A stretch of 64,000 nt of DNA from Raillietiella orientalis (lineage: Eukaryota). Shown one piece after another: positions 12,196 to 24,190 of the stretch. The notes beneath the pieces are model-generated. The model saw only the letters and a program-made list of their open reading frames with translations. It was not told where the DNA came from and made no database searches. The stretch lies in contig JAYWIR010000012.1 in the NCBI GenBank assembly GCA_036172245.1, positions 4,216,001 to 4,280,000 of the forward strand, read 5' to 3'. The translations under genes and the position numbers were made by a program. How positions within the stretch are numbered: the stretch's first letter is position 1; each line of letters begins with the position of its first letter.

Positions 12196-13599
12196 CGAGT
12201 TCCCCGGGGTTACCAGCAGTTGAGCGGCTACCCGACCCTTGCTCGGTTAGTCTTCCTTCAGGTCAAAAAGTGGGGGCGGACGAACTAGTCTTGCGACCTC
12301 CTTATTTGGTTCCGCCCTCTGAGGATCCAGGTCCGAGGCTCTCTTGGACACTTCAGCGCAACGCCACCAACCTCCGGCAGCATGCTGCCGACGATGTGGT
12401 AAGGGGGAGGGAGGAGAGAACCCGAGCATGGACCCTGGCATCTGGTCTGGAGCAAGCTCAAGGGACGTTGCACGGAGATACGGGAATTCACCTGAGGACT
12501 TTGCTGCTCTTAGCCTTGCACTTGACCTTCGGGCTCGGAAGTCTTCACGTACTCGGACGGAAGTGTGGCCAGCGATGAACTCGGAGAGATCAGTCTCAAG
12601 AGCTCACTGGATGGTGGGCGAGGTAGTCGAAGAGGTCTTGGAGGAGGAAAGCGTGCCAGGGTTTGACCCATCTGGGACAAACGTCCCTCTGAGCCCAACG
12701 AAAAGAGCGGTCAACCAAAAGAGCAGCTGCCTGCCGAGCACACCATCCGCTCTAGCATTGGGAGGACAAGACCACCTGTCCCGACGTGGAGCGTGTAAGT
12801 CGTTCGAGCTGACGTGGGACCTCCGGGTGCCCCAGAAGGCTTCGCGCAGGAGCTCCCTCCGTTCGTTTTTTTAATTCTCTGGGCGGGGTGCAGAGGAAAA
12901 GCAGGGGCCGCAATAGAGGAACTGTTTCAAACCGCATCCCCTTCTTGGGACAGTCGAGAGTCGGCTCGGCCTTATGAAGACAGCTGGACTGCGCCTTCCT
13001 CTGGAGAGAAAGAGGGAATAAGGGATACTGCCTCCGCGTCGTCGCCACAGCCTGCTACCGAAGTCTACAGCTGGCATTTCAGCTGTCCAACTCACATGGT
13101 TGCATGGCCCTTTCTCATCAGCTAGAATACAGATGAAGGACAAACGGCTTGTTTGTTTGCATCTGCAAGTTTTCTCGTTTTTATCCTGCAAAAACAAACC
13201 CCCTCATAATGCATTCCGTTCCTGCATAGGCACGCGAAGACTTTCGAGCGGCGTTCAAGGTGAGAAATGCGACCACGCTGACAACCGCGCTTCTTCAGGA
13301 GACGTATCTCCTCCTTCTTGCAGCATCAGTCAACGGGAAATTCCCTTCCCCTGCTCTTAATTTTCGACTGTCGCTGCATTCCTAGGAGACTTTCTCGCTC
13401 TGAGGTCAAAGGAAGCGACCTGGGTACAGAAGGAGGAATGCAGAAAAGAGAAATCAGAAAAACAAGAACTCCATCTCTGCAGAAAATGGCAGCAGGTACA
13501 ACATGTCTACAAGACAAACAGAGGCGAGCCCCTGTCCCAGAAGCAGCCAGCGGGAACTCTCTAGAATGTGCTTAGACGGACTCTCACCAGGATAAAGAA

Positions 13600-14400
13600 C
13601 GGACTCTATTAACTAGTCAACGTGTTTTTCAATCTGAGCTGAGAGAAGGACAGACTCTGACACATGGAAAGTCCTTGCAATCACGTTAGAAAACTATCAA
13701 CAGAAGAGAAACCACGAAATCCCTGCTTTCCTCACGAGGGGATGAGCATGTTCGATGGCCAAGGTGAACATGGATACCTTTGACGATGTGGGCAATATTC
13801 GCGAAAGAGATGCACTCTTCCGAGAGCAAATTCCCGGAAGGAAAGAGAGAGCGTGAAATTGAAAGGATGAGTTGTATTTGTTTGTTGAAACGCACCATCC
13901 CTCTGCTCCTGGAAAAAGTATAGGAAGCAGAGAAGGAAGACCAGGTCCATCAAGGAGTATTCATTCTGTTAATGGAGTGGCCTTTTGATGCACCAAGCAA
14001 ACACAGCAGCTGATGAAACACTGCAAGGGAACATAGTCAACGCTGGAAAAGAAGAAGAATTTTTGTTTTGGATCCTAGAGACAGTTTCTGGGAAACAGAG
14101 AAGGATGGCAGTACCTGGTGGAGCCTACCCGGACGCTGAAGCAGAATCCGACGTGGAGTTAGAAACCGGGAATCATCCAAAGGAGAAAGGAGGTGTGGAT
14201 ACAAGAAGTAGCGCGAGTACGTTTGCATTTGATACAGTTTCCACCATTGACGACTGCCGAATCGTTCCTGAATGGAATGCAGCGATTCGGGAGACCTGGC
14301 ACCGGGAATATCCACACACCAGGAGATTCCCTACGGAAGAGCAGAGGAGATCCAGGAAAGATGGTTGGACAAAAATAAAGAGTCGATGCAGGACAAGTGA
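13600..14400 (+). mobile_element. Decayed RTE-like LINE reverse transcriptase fragment
   Basis: Remnant GVFILLMEW (~13954-13980; family SPxLFxLxM) and a 3' segment WHREYPHTRRFPTEEQRRSRKDGWTKIK resembling the RTE C-terminal W.P...R..GRP..RW.D.I. Heavily frameshifted. Confidence 0.35.
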
Positions 14401-16092
14401 GAGCAAGGAATCGGAAAAATACCCTTTCTTCCGTTGCGTCTTCCACTCTCACCCACATTGCCAATTTCTCGTGAATAAGGTAAACACCTTTTATGGGAAA
14501 TAAAACAAACCGGATGTGTGTTCCTAGGAAAGGAATAAAGAGGAAAAAAAAGAGCATTTCTGCTTTCAAATCTTTGCGTGAGATGGAATCCTTTAGACAA
14601 AATGCAATGCCTCGTCTGGATGAGTAGCAGTTCCAGTACCATTGTAAGCTGCTGTTGCATGTTATAACCTTTTGAACGAGTTCAGTATCATTTTGTGGGC
14701 TGTAACGCATTCCAGGAACTTTCTGTGAGCATTCAAACAGGGAAACGGAGGCTTTTGTAACCCGCAGTTATTACGGACATCAATTCATTATTTGTAGCAC
14801 TGGAAATCGGTGGGCACTGGAAATCGGCGATTGCGGCGCGCGGCGGCAGCGTACGAACTGCGGGTCCGACTTTCACTTTTGCAAACCCAAAAAGTGGTAT
14901 GTAATCAGGAAAAGTTTCCATTTCTTTTTCGCAAAGACGAGAAACATTCCTCGCAATGCCTCGAAAAATGGGGAAAGAAACGAATTTACCAAGTAAGAAC
15001 GAAAGTGAAACGTCTTGCAGAATTCTTCCATTTGAAAAATTGATCATTCCTCAAAAGTTTGTTGAGAATCAACCTTTAGTTTTGTGGAATTCCGATAGGT
15101 TTGACAGTTTTCGGTTTTGCATGGCTGCTTTGAGTAACGTGAATGCTTTGCTTCTTTGATGATCTGAAGCAGCTGTGCATGGGATGCTATGTTTGTGTGG
15201 CCATGGTGTGTGCAAGTCTTTGACACACTTCTGAATGCAGCCAACGAATCGACGAGTTTGTTGTCAGGACCTTTACAGCCCAGATTTCGAAATTACTGCG
15301 TACATTCGTCACAGACTGTTCTCATTCCTGTTTCCTGTGCTGTCGTTTTATCCGTGTTTCTTATGTATTTTTGAGAATGTGCTCTATAATGTTAGATAAT
15401 TATCATTGTAGATGATGTTTAACGAGTAGGTAAGTTGGACAAAGTCCATCGGCATTGGAATAATTTATGAGTAATTGGTATGTGTATTACATTTAGTGCT
15501 TCAACATAGACAGTAATTGAATTTGCTATCTTTCAACAGTAGTTCCTTCCACATACAGGGGCTGTACTTTTTCCAGCTGCAGCTTTCAGTGTGTATTATG
15601 TATTTAAGTGGATGTACGTATTGTTTTATTTGTGGTGATTTTAGTTAAGCAATGTTTTCTGTGCTTAATTTCATCCATGGAAATTATGGGTTTCTTCATG
15701 TCCTGCATTGTGTTTGTTTCTTAACCCATTCAGAAAGTACCAGCAACATTTCCTTTCACTGCGCATGCCATTCTTGTGTTACTACTCCAGGAGTACCTTG
15801 CATTTCTTTCTTTCTTTTAGTGAAGAGGATCTTCATATTTTATTTCATTGCCCTGGCAAAAAAGACACCAATCAGATTGACACGTTTAGTATTGCCAGCT
15901 TGTCAGCTTCAGAACATTTAGAAGATTTGAACATGGAAACTGCTAATCAATCACATCATTCTTTCTTTTGCTGCAAACCAGTAGTTTCAAAGACGAGCTG
16001 TTGTCTGTTGTGATTGTTTTGTATTGCAGTCGTTTTGTGTATCCCAGGTTTTCTTTTGCATACTATGTTTTTGGTATCCTCATATTGGAAGC

Positions 16093-17217
16093 ATGAATAA
16101 TCCTGGTAAGCAAGTTGTTCCAATTATTCTTACTGCTACTACATGTTGCATTTCAGCCGATTGTCATTCATCGCAAAATGCTGATGCAGCTGCAGATAGA
16201 TGCAAATTACCTCTGGAAATTGTAGAGTTCTGCAAAACGCTTCCCAAGGCAGAATTGCATGCCCATTTGAGTGGTTCCGTATCTTTGGATACCAGACAAA
16301 AATTCGTTCGTCAGCAGGGTGTTTTGTTGGAGTCTCCTGTGTTTTCAACATTTCAGTCTCTGAATGCTTGCTTGCAATCGTTTCATTCCATCCATGAACT
16401 ACTTAATTGTTTTGAACGTGTTTTCACTGCTACATTTGATGTGATACAAGAATTTTTTGATGATGGTGTCCGGTATTTGGAGTTGCGTACAACTCCCCGG
16501 GCGTTGTCTCCTACTGTTGACAAGCAGCAGTATTTAGAAGCTGTTGTACAGGGCATACAAGCCCAGAAGGTGCGCCTACCGCAAATGGATGTTTTTCTGT
16601 TGGTGTCCATTGATCGTAAAGCTGGTACGGAAGATGCTTGGGATACGCTTGCTGTTACTTTGCGCCTGCATAGTCTCTATCCTGAGACCATAGTGGGCAT
16701 GGATTTGAGTGGTGACCCCCGAGCAGGAAAGGGAGCTGACTTTGCTCCTATTTTGCTGAAAGCTCGTGCTGAGGGATTAAAATTGGCACTTCACATAGCA
16801 GAAGTGGAAGACTTTGAGGATAGCCTGCGTTTACTTGAGTTGCAACCGGATCGTATAGGTCATGGGACTTTTTTGCATTCGATACCAGGTCCCACTGACT
16901 GGAGTCACATTCCTGTTGAACTTTGTCTGACTTCTAATGTACTTTGTGGTACAGTTGCTGCATACGAGCATCATCACTTTAACGCCTTGTGGAAGGAGAA
17001 TCGTCCAGTAGTATTGTGTACTGATGACAAAGGAGTCTTTGGTACCCAGTTGAGCCGCGAATATGCCTTGGCTGCTCATTTCTTTCATTTACTGCCGTCT
17101 GATCTCGTCCTACTCGCCGAACACAGTTTCGAGTATGCTTTCGGAAAGACAAAATCATTTGATTCCCGGGGTTTTGAGTCACGCATACCAAAACGGTGGA
17201 ATACAATGTCTTCATGA
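16093..17217 (+). CDS. ADAL: Adenosine deaminase-like protein (ADAL/MAPDA, N6-methyl-AMP deaminase family)
   Basis: Motifs LPKAELHAHLSGS, DGVRYLELRTTPR, GMDLSGDP, LALHIAE, DRIGHGTFL, ELCLTSN, CTDDKGVF. Likely ATG at 16093 with a probable 51-nt intron 16106-16156 (gtaagc...tttcag); the rest is one exon ending at TGA 17215-17217. Confidence 0.95.
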   Translation: MNNPGKQVVPIILTATTCCISADCHSSQNADAAADRCKLPLEIVEFCKTLPKAELHAHLSGSVSLDTRQKFVRQQGVLLESPVFSTFQSLNACLQSFHSIHELLNCFERVFTATFDVIQEFFDDGVRYLELRTTPRALSPTVDKQQYLEAVVQGIQAQKVRLPQMDVFLLVSIDRKAGTEDAWDTLAVTLRLHSLYPETIVGMDLSGDPRAGKGADFAPILLKARAEGLKLALHIAEVEDFEDSLRLLELQPDRIGHGTFLHSIPGPTDWSHIPVELCLTSNVLCGTVAAYEHHHFNALWKENRPVVLCTDDKGVFGTQLSREYALAAHFFHLLPSDLVLLAEHSFEYAFGKTKSFDSRGFESRIPKRWNTMSS

Positions 17218-20200
17218 TGTCGTAGCAGACGGAGGGAAAGTTTCTCCACATTTCTGCCAACCCGCCATCTTTGCGTTCCATTCTAATGGGATCCGAAAAA
17301 TGTGTCCTCGGTGACTCGGCTCCGATTCCCGTGTGCCTTCAATATCGGTTTATTGCTGCCAAGTTGCCTGTCCGAAATACAATTAACGACTGCCCGTGGT
17401 AATGGTGCAATCAAAAGCCTTCCAGAAATTGGATCGCATCGAGCCTTCATTAGGTCGTCATGATCGAAGGGTGGCTTTATGACGGCTCTTTGCTTTGACG
17501 GTGGTGGTGGTACAGAATTTCGAATCCGTACGTGGATGCAGCGTTTTGCCCTGCAGCTGCTGATCAGCATCTGAAAGAGTGGACTTGCATCGAATGCATC
17601 TGCGAAGGAGGTGAAGCAGGAAGAAATGAATTGCACTGCAAGTATGGTCAAGAAAGTGGAAAGAATCCCATATCTTGGACCCGTTTTTTCCGAAAAATTC
17701 AAGGATCCTGCATAATAAATCTCAAAATTGAATGGCATCATTGAGATGTGATTTTTGCGGATGGATGCACGTTGGTTTATCGTGCTCTTACGACCCGAGG
17801 TGTATGGATAAACGATTGATGGGGAGATCACTTTCAAAAAGTGGTACACGGCTCGGAAAAGGGTTGAAAGCAACGGAATTTCTACTTGTACTTTCGACAG
17901 TTTGGCGAAAAAGCGCTATACATTACAGGACGTGTCGTGGGTACTTCCCCACACGTAGTGGGGGTGGAATCCTCGTGGATTTCCTTCCAGACGAAAGATG
18001 AAGGTGACGGTAGAGAAGCTGAGAGATCCGGGAATGGGGAGCCTTTATGTGGTATTCTCGGCTATTCGAAGCTGGGGCCGCGGTGATCGATCAGGTCCCG
18101 ACGTGCTTTTCTGGGAATAGTGGTCAGGTATCTGTAGGTAGAATGATGGAGGGAGAAAAGAACTGAGTCAAGGTGAGTGCCGTGTTTGTCAAGCTGCGGG
18201 AACAAATTGCATAATTTAAATCGCCAACACCTCGTTGTGTGAATACAATTAATTTGGGGATGTTCTCTTGCATTTTTGTTCGTACCCGTCCCAGAAAATT
18301 GATTTCTGATGTACGATTACCAGCAACACACCAGGTGCTGACATTTGATGACCTTCCACATCAAAAATGTAAGCTTTCCTTGGACTTCTTGATGCCGAAT
18401 AGGGATTGAATTGATGCATTTCTTAGTACGTTGGCAGCACGGAGCACTGCAATTTGTGAAAGAATTCTGAGCTTGCAAAGTCAGCAAACAAAAAGAAAAA
18501 ACCCCAAGGGGAGGAAATCATCAGCAGAGTGTTGCGTTAATGGGACAGGTGGTTGGTTGGGTTGGTAGAGCCAGAACGGTTGTACCGACTCTTGCGGAGT
18601 GCGATGGCGAATGAACGGCAACGGTGAGGTTTTCTCAAGATAATTTTGAACTGCCGAACACGAGTGATTGGTGTCACTGTCAACAGGAGGTACGCCAAAA
18701 GTGTACAAGCCCCTCGGTACACCTTGTCCCAAAGTTTCCAGTTTCGTTTGAAGCAGTCAAGCAGTAGACTTTGCTTTCGAGTCGACAATTGCTACCGGCC
18801 AACTGGCTTCTGGAGTGGATGGAGGCTTCCTGACAGGATGCGGAAACTTTCACTTTTCATCTGTTGCAGAAGGTTCAGCGTTCGATTGCACTGCGCTTCC
18901 ACTCGCATTCTCTCTCTCTTACGACTTTGAGAAGCGTCGGTCAAGCATGGAGCATCCAACTCGTGCCCACCGCTGGCCACCCCACGGAAGCTCCGAGTAG
19001 CGCAAGGCGAGCGCGGGAGTTCAGCCGGCTGGGGCTGCCCCAGTGCAAGTAATCGAGGTGCAAGGGTGCAGGGGGAAAGGGACTCCTCGGAGGCATTCGC
19101 CAAACGGCCAGCTCTCTTCCTGTAGTCCTCTATCTTCTTTAGCTTGGGCAGGAGCACCGCGTCAGGCGTCACAAGGAGTGGGTCGTAGTAGGAGCACCAC
19201 ACCACACGAACGCTTCCTCACGCGAGCTGTTCGGATGGTCTTCGAGGCGAGAAGGACGCTGTGGTATAGGGCAGCAATCCACTTGCCTTCGTTCATGAAG
19301 AGGTCCCCCTCCCCTTTTTCCCCTCGGAACTCGGTCTACGTCTTCTCTACCACTTGCTCCTGCATCTCCCTTCACCTCCAATCAGATTCCAGGAGCACCT
19401 CTTCGAAGCATCACGGGCGAGATGCCCTTGCAAGCGACGGTGGGAGTTTCTCAGATATGGGAGCGGGAGGGGGGGACACCGCAGGCACGCGACTCCGCCG
19501 TCGCAGGTAGGGATGGGCCAGCGGGGATGGGCGATGCAGCTGACAGGGAAGCTGCGCGTGTTGGGTGGACCGAGTCCCGAAGGAGCGGGGGCGAAGGTCT
19601 CGGCATCACCCATGCGATTTCTCTTCAACTTGGCTTCGCCGGACATCCAGCTCGTCTAGGGAAGAGGGAAGGAAATCCCGTAAAGGAGGGAAGTGGGGAG
19701 GAGACGGGGGAAAGATGCAATCGAGGAGAAATGAGGAAGCTAAGGACGCAGAAGAGATGCGAGGGAGGAGTGGAATCTGCGGATCTCGAGAAGGCTCTGC
19801 CGGGAGGCGGCGTTGCCTCTGGACGGACGGACGAAGTCCTCGGAAGTCCCAGGGAGGAAGAAGAGGAGAAGGAAGGGTGGACACGGGGAAGGACGGTGCT
19901 CGCAGACGCGGAGCTGGAGAGCCTTCTTTCTCCTTCCGTTCCCTAGCATGGTGCCGACCACGGGTGGCCGTTGAAGCCGCCCCTGTTTCCTGACTACAGC
20001 TCTTTTTTTGTTGTTGCTGTTTCTTGCGTGAAGGTGTTTGATTTTCTTCCTGTGCCTTGTCGAGAGAAGGGGGAGGGGGGAGAATGGGGAAAGTCGGACG
20101 CGATCGCAATCTCGGTGGAGGAGATGCTGCTGCTTCTCAAACGCTGCTGCATCCCATCCATAATGTCGAGAGATGACGGCATCTTTTTTTCAGGAAGATG

Positions 20201-21249
20201 AGAGTCAGGGAGGCGTCGTTAAGGAAAACAAATGATGGGGGAGCGGCGGCGATTCCATCAAGCGTTCCGCGTGGCACATCCTCTCTCCGCGCTCTCTCCT
20301 CCCTCCCCCCATCATCAGTTCGCGTTGCTGCCGCATAGCCGGGAACGCGCGCCGCCGGTCAGGCGGGTTCGATGCGCGCGCAGGCGCGGTCCCCGTCCGC
20401 CCTCCGCGCGCGGAGGAGGATGGGGCCGCGAGGAGAACCGTGAGGGCCGCGAGGAGAGCGGCCCCGCTTTCCTGGCGAGCACACCCCTTTCTCTCTCCTA
20501 TTCGGGAATTCCGAGGAGCTCCTGCCAGGATCCCGGCCGCGAGGGTCGTCCAAACAGTTTCCCCGGCAACCCCGTCCGTCTTCCCGGTCCCTAATGGTCA
20601 CGAAAAGTCATTTGCGGCGAAGGACGTGCGCGGAACACATTGTGCGGAGGGAAGGAGAGAGTAGGCGGCAGGGCCCGCCGAGGGCACGGAGATGCGTTGG
20701 GGGCGGGGGAGCCTCTAGCTCGGCTTTCCTGGGATTTCCTCCCGTCAGACCGGGAGGAGGCGGGGACTGCCCTCTTCCTGCCTAGGTACGGGGGCCGCAG
20801 GATTCACACCGTGACCCCGGATCGGGCAGCGGACGGCCAGGGACGGAAGGGGAGGGCAGGTAGAAGTCGCGGAAGAGGAAGAGAGCTGAGCGGGTGGGCT
20901 GTGGCTGACGGTGCCCCGGGGGGGCAAACAACTTTGCTGGCCGGTCCCTCTGTTAGGTATAAAGCCCCTGGCTCTGTGAGCTCGCGAACAGCATGACCTC
21001 CCGACTCTGGGAACCACCTGCGTCATTGCTTCAAGCCCTCAACGTCTTCCTGGCGACGAGGAAACGCCGGTAGCAGCGGTTGCAAGGAGGAGAGGAGGGG
21101 GTAACTTTTCGCACGATGGGGGGAGGGGAATATGCAATGTGGGTGAGAGGGGAGTGAGGGTGGATCTCGAGCTCGCGAGGTTTCTTTTCCTCGTATCCCC
21201 GCTGTAGAAGCAAGGATTCCTCGTGCTGCCATCTGCGGGGATAGCACGG

Positions 21250-22100
21250 GGCCGTCCCGATGGAGGAGTGCGTTCTCCTGCGTTTTCCGTGGGAGGAATG
21301 ATCGCACGTTCCCCGCCCTGCGGGGGCTGTCCTTTGGAGCGGGGCGTCGCCGCGTTAGCCGGCAGTTCCGCCCGATGAAAATCCCCAGTCACAGAGGTCC
21401 TGGATCTCCCACTCTGCCTGCCGGCAACCGCGGTCACTCCCTTCTTGGGAGGATAGCGCTGCGGTTCTCTGAGAGAGCTAGCTGGGAGAGCCATCCTCCA
21501 CCGGAGCAGCTGTCCTGAAATCTCTACCTCACGTGCTGGAGGTTGCCAGGAAAGGGGAGTGGAGGGGGGCACGCTCATGTAGTGTCAAAAATCCATCGTA
21601 AAGGGGGGGGGGAGGGTGCGATCTATCTGCAACCGTTAGCGCTAGGGCTCTTACTGCAGACCTGAACGATAAGCCTTCGAAAAATTCCGCAGCTCATAAT
21701 GAGGAGCCGCTGGGTCCTAGTAAAGTCCTAATTTTCCTGGAGTATCAGGAGAAGAAGTAGCCAGTGAGGTCCACATCGGGAAATGTGGGCTAAGTAAAGA
21801 GATTTCATGATGATAATAATAATATCTATGTGTTGGGGGAGGAGTAAGGAAAAGTAAGGAAAGTCACAGGTATTCCCGTGCGATCGTCCCAATGCCCTAT
21901 GGAATTCTGGAAAGTTCTTCAATTCCAGCATCCCGCTGCTCTCCCCAGGAGAGGTTCGTCGAGTGATGTCCCTTTCGTTCTGTCCTCTTTCTGCGGCGCG
22001 TGGTACTGCGGAAGCGGGGCGGAGACTTACGATCTTCGCGGCAGGTGGCACTGCTCTGCACACGGGGAAGAGCTTCAGGGCGACTCCGGGAATGCTAGCC
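21250..22100 (-). mobile_element. Decayed RTE-like LINE APE fragment, split by an AT-rich insert (~21600-21880)
   Basis: Minus strand reads PRAAERGQNERD (compare TRLAEEGQLKE) and LKNFPEFHRALGRS, then TLHERAP (compare ISAYAPT) and VTGDFH (GDFN). Confidence 0.4.
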
Positions 22101-23299
22101 GGGAGCTGCAGATCCGCCTAGAGACGCTCCTCACGCGCGCGCCGGAAGACCCCCCACCTCTCCCAGTATCGTGATCCTCCGGCAGTGGCGGAGGGGCTGC
22201 GCATCGTGCCGCTTCCCTGGATTCCAGAGTTGCGCTCGACCGCGCGGAGTTTCCGCGCCCTCCTCGGGGCGCGGGCAAGGGAGTAAAGGGAGCCACCTCC
22301 AGGGCACAAAGCCAGGAAGGAGGCGCTTCCTCTTGCTTCCCGTCGACCGTTCCCGGGAGAGGAACCCGCGCCGCGTCCCGTCCGCTTGTCGACTCCTCGC
22401 TCTGACTTCTTGCGGTGCGACGGTACCTTCGGTGGTACCTGCGGGAACCGGAATCGTCCGCGGAGAAGGAACGGGGAGCTCCTGGCATACCCAAGACGTG
22501 CACTTCATCCCTACCCCTTTTTCTTGTTTCCTACGGGGGAGGGAGGACAGGAAGGATGGAGGCTGGGAAGGAGAGGCGATCCAATCCGGAATCCCCGTTG
22601 GCTGCTGGCAGCCTTGTGAGCACGGGTGGGACAGCTCCCCCGTCCCCGTGGTTCGCCCCACGAACCCCTAAGAGGACGGCTTTCCGGCATCAGGGCAGCA
22701 TCGCGACCCCGCGCGTGCGTGGACTGGGAGCAGGACGCATGGGCGCCATCTTGAACGGGTAGTGGCGCTGGTGGTACGGGCCGAACGGGTGAGCCGGTCC
22801 TTACGGTGCAGACAGCAGACGTTGGCGGCCCCGCAGCCGGGAGCCTTGCAGGTCTTCGCCGTGGGATCCCTGCGCGGGTGGAAGCTGCCTAAGGGTCGTG
22901 TGTGGATTCTCCGCCGGAACTCGAGCCACGCAGTGGCGAATCCTCCGGAAGAGTTCCGCGCCGCCACCGCCCGCTGCGCTTCGAGGTAGTCGTCATCCCG
23001 AGGTTGGCGGCGACAGTGGGAGGGGGGAGGGGGGCACGGAACGAGACCCTCGCAAACCGTGGACCCCGAAGATGACTCATCTATGGCGGCAGCCATTGTC
23101 GGCAGTTCAGCGGCCATGGAAGAAGAAGTAGACGCGGACCTTTCCGTCCACGTGACCACGCGTCTGCGGGCGCCGTCCTTCCCCGTGACCACTCTTCCTT
23201 CTTCCACTCTTCTCGCCCTTCCTTTTTCTCCGCTCCCTTTCCTCGCCGTTTCAGGGGGACACGTCACGTGATGCCGGCGTCTTCGCAAGCCACGTGCTC

Positions 23300-23820
23300 A
23301 GCGAGGGCTCGGAACCGCCATAGGGGCACACACCATCCTCCAGAAGCCGGGCAGGGAGGAGTGCTAGAGACCGGAACTTCGTCCAAGACGACGAGAATGT
23401 GCCTTCCTGTACCTTCTCCTCGTCTTGGAGACGGCGAAGGGGACTTCAGAGGAAGGAAGGGAGGGGGAGGTGCTACTACGAGGGAAAGGGGAGGAAAGGA
23501 GGCAGTCCTTGGACCACCACTATTCCCTCCTGGGCAGCGACCTGGACACAGCACGACTGTAGACGGAGACGAAGGGCAGCGCGGAGGCGAAGTGTCGGAG
23601 GAAGGCACATCTGTTCCAGGAGGAAGGCTCCATGGACCAGATCGCCGTGGGCTACTGTTATGGAGCTGCGGAGGAGGCGAAGGGGAACCTCGCCACGTCC
23701 TCCCCTTAGGATCGGCCGAACCACGAGCCCGGAGGCTGCTTTCGGATGGGCCCCCGGCATTTCCCCGACACCCTTACCCGTGCCCCGGCGCAAGCCTTGG
23801 ACTAGCCCTCCGACTCGATC
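23300..23820 (+). mobile_element. Decayed RTE-like LINE, RT C-terminal region
   Basis: Remnants WAATWTQHDCRRRR (compare GSETWT...RRL), HVL..GSAEPRARRLL and FGWAP...PRRKPW (compare GHVLRM..R.PKRLL.W.P...GRP..W). Confidence 0.4.
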
Positions 23821-23872
23821 CCTTCCGCGCGCGAACGCCCCCGCCGCGGTGACCGGACGCCCCTCAGACGAC

Positions 23873-24190
23873 GGCGGCAGCGGCGGCTCCGTCCGGGTGA
23901 GCGCGCCACCGCTTGCCGCCTCTGGAACCGGTCGGTCGCCTCCGCGTGCGAGCCGCTTCAGCGCGCGCTGCACGACCCCCCCGCGCCTGGACGCTGCTTG
24001 TGGCAACCGGCGACGCCTTCCACGGCGTCCGCTGAGTGTCGCGTCGGGAGCTCGCAGGCCCTTCCCGCCCGAACACGCCCTTCGGCGGCGGCGCCCTCCG
24101 GCAGTGAGAGAACGGATCGAGGTCGATCGACCTCAAGGCTTCTTTTGGCAACGCTTAGCCCGAGGGAGGGGAGTCCTTCCGCTTCGACGG
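23873..24190 (+). repeat. GC-rich dispersed repeat, copy A (~310 bp)
   Basis: Aligns by eye end to end with 33891-34196. Shared blocks include ggctccgtccgg, accggtcggtcgcctccgcg, gcaaccggcgacgccttccacggcgt, cggcggcggcgccctccgg, tcgaggtcgatcgacc and cgcttcgacgg. Confidence 0.9.

Noticed and set aside
16024..16092. ORF-track N-terminal hydrophobic extension of ADAL
   Set aside because: Starts at a TTG, which is not a normal eukaryotic start; probably intron or UTR sequence.
19400..19530. Minus-strand CLRC...GHLARDA resembling a gag CCHC knuckle
   Set aside because: Wrong spacing and no supporting domains; at most a decayed retroelement.
20958..21075. TATAAA followed by ATG 20993 as an alternative annexin first exon
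   Set aside because: The ORF stops after 26 codons, and its only nearby donor is weak and phase 2, incompatible with phase-0 exon 2.
22740..22960. Minus-strand RRRIHTRP / CKAPGCG / HRKDRLTR resembling C2H2 zinc fingers
   Set aside because: Cys/His spacing is incomplete and there is no splice or start context.
23873..24190. GC-rich repeat resembling an rRNA expansion segment
   Set aside because: No conserved 18S, 5.8S or 28S core motifs nearby; treated as an unclassified repeat.
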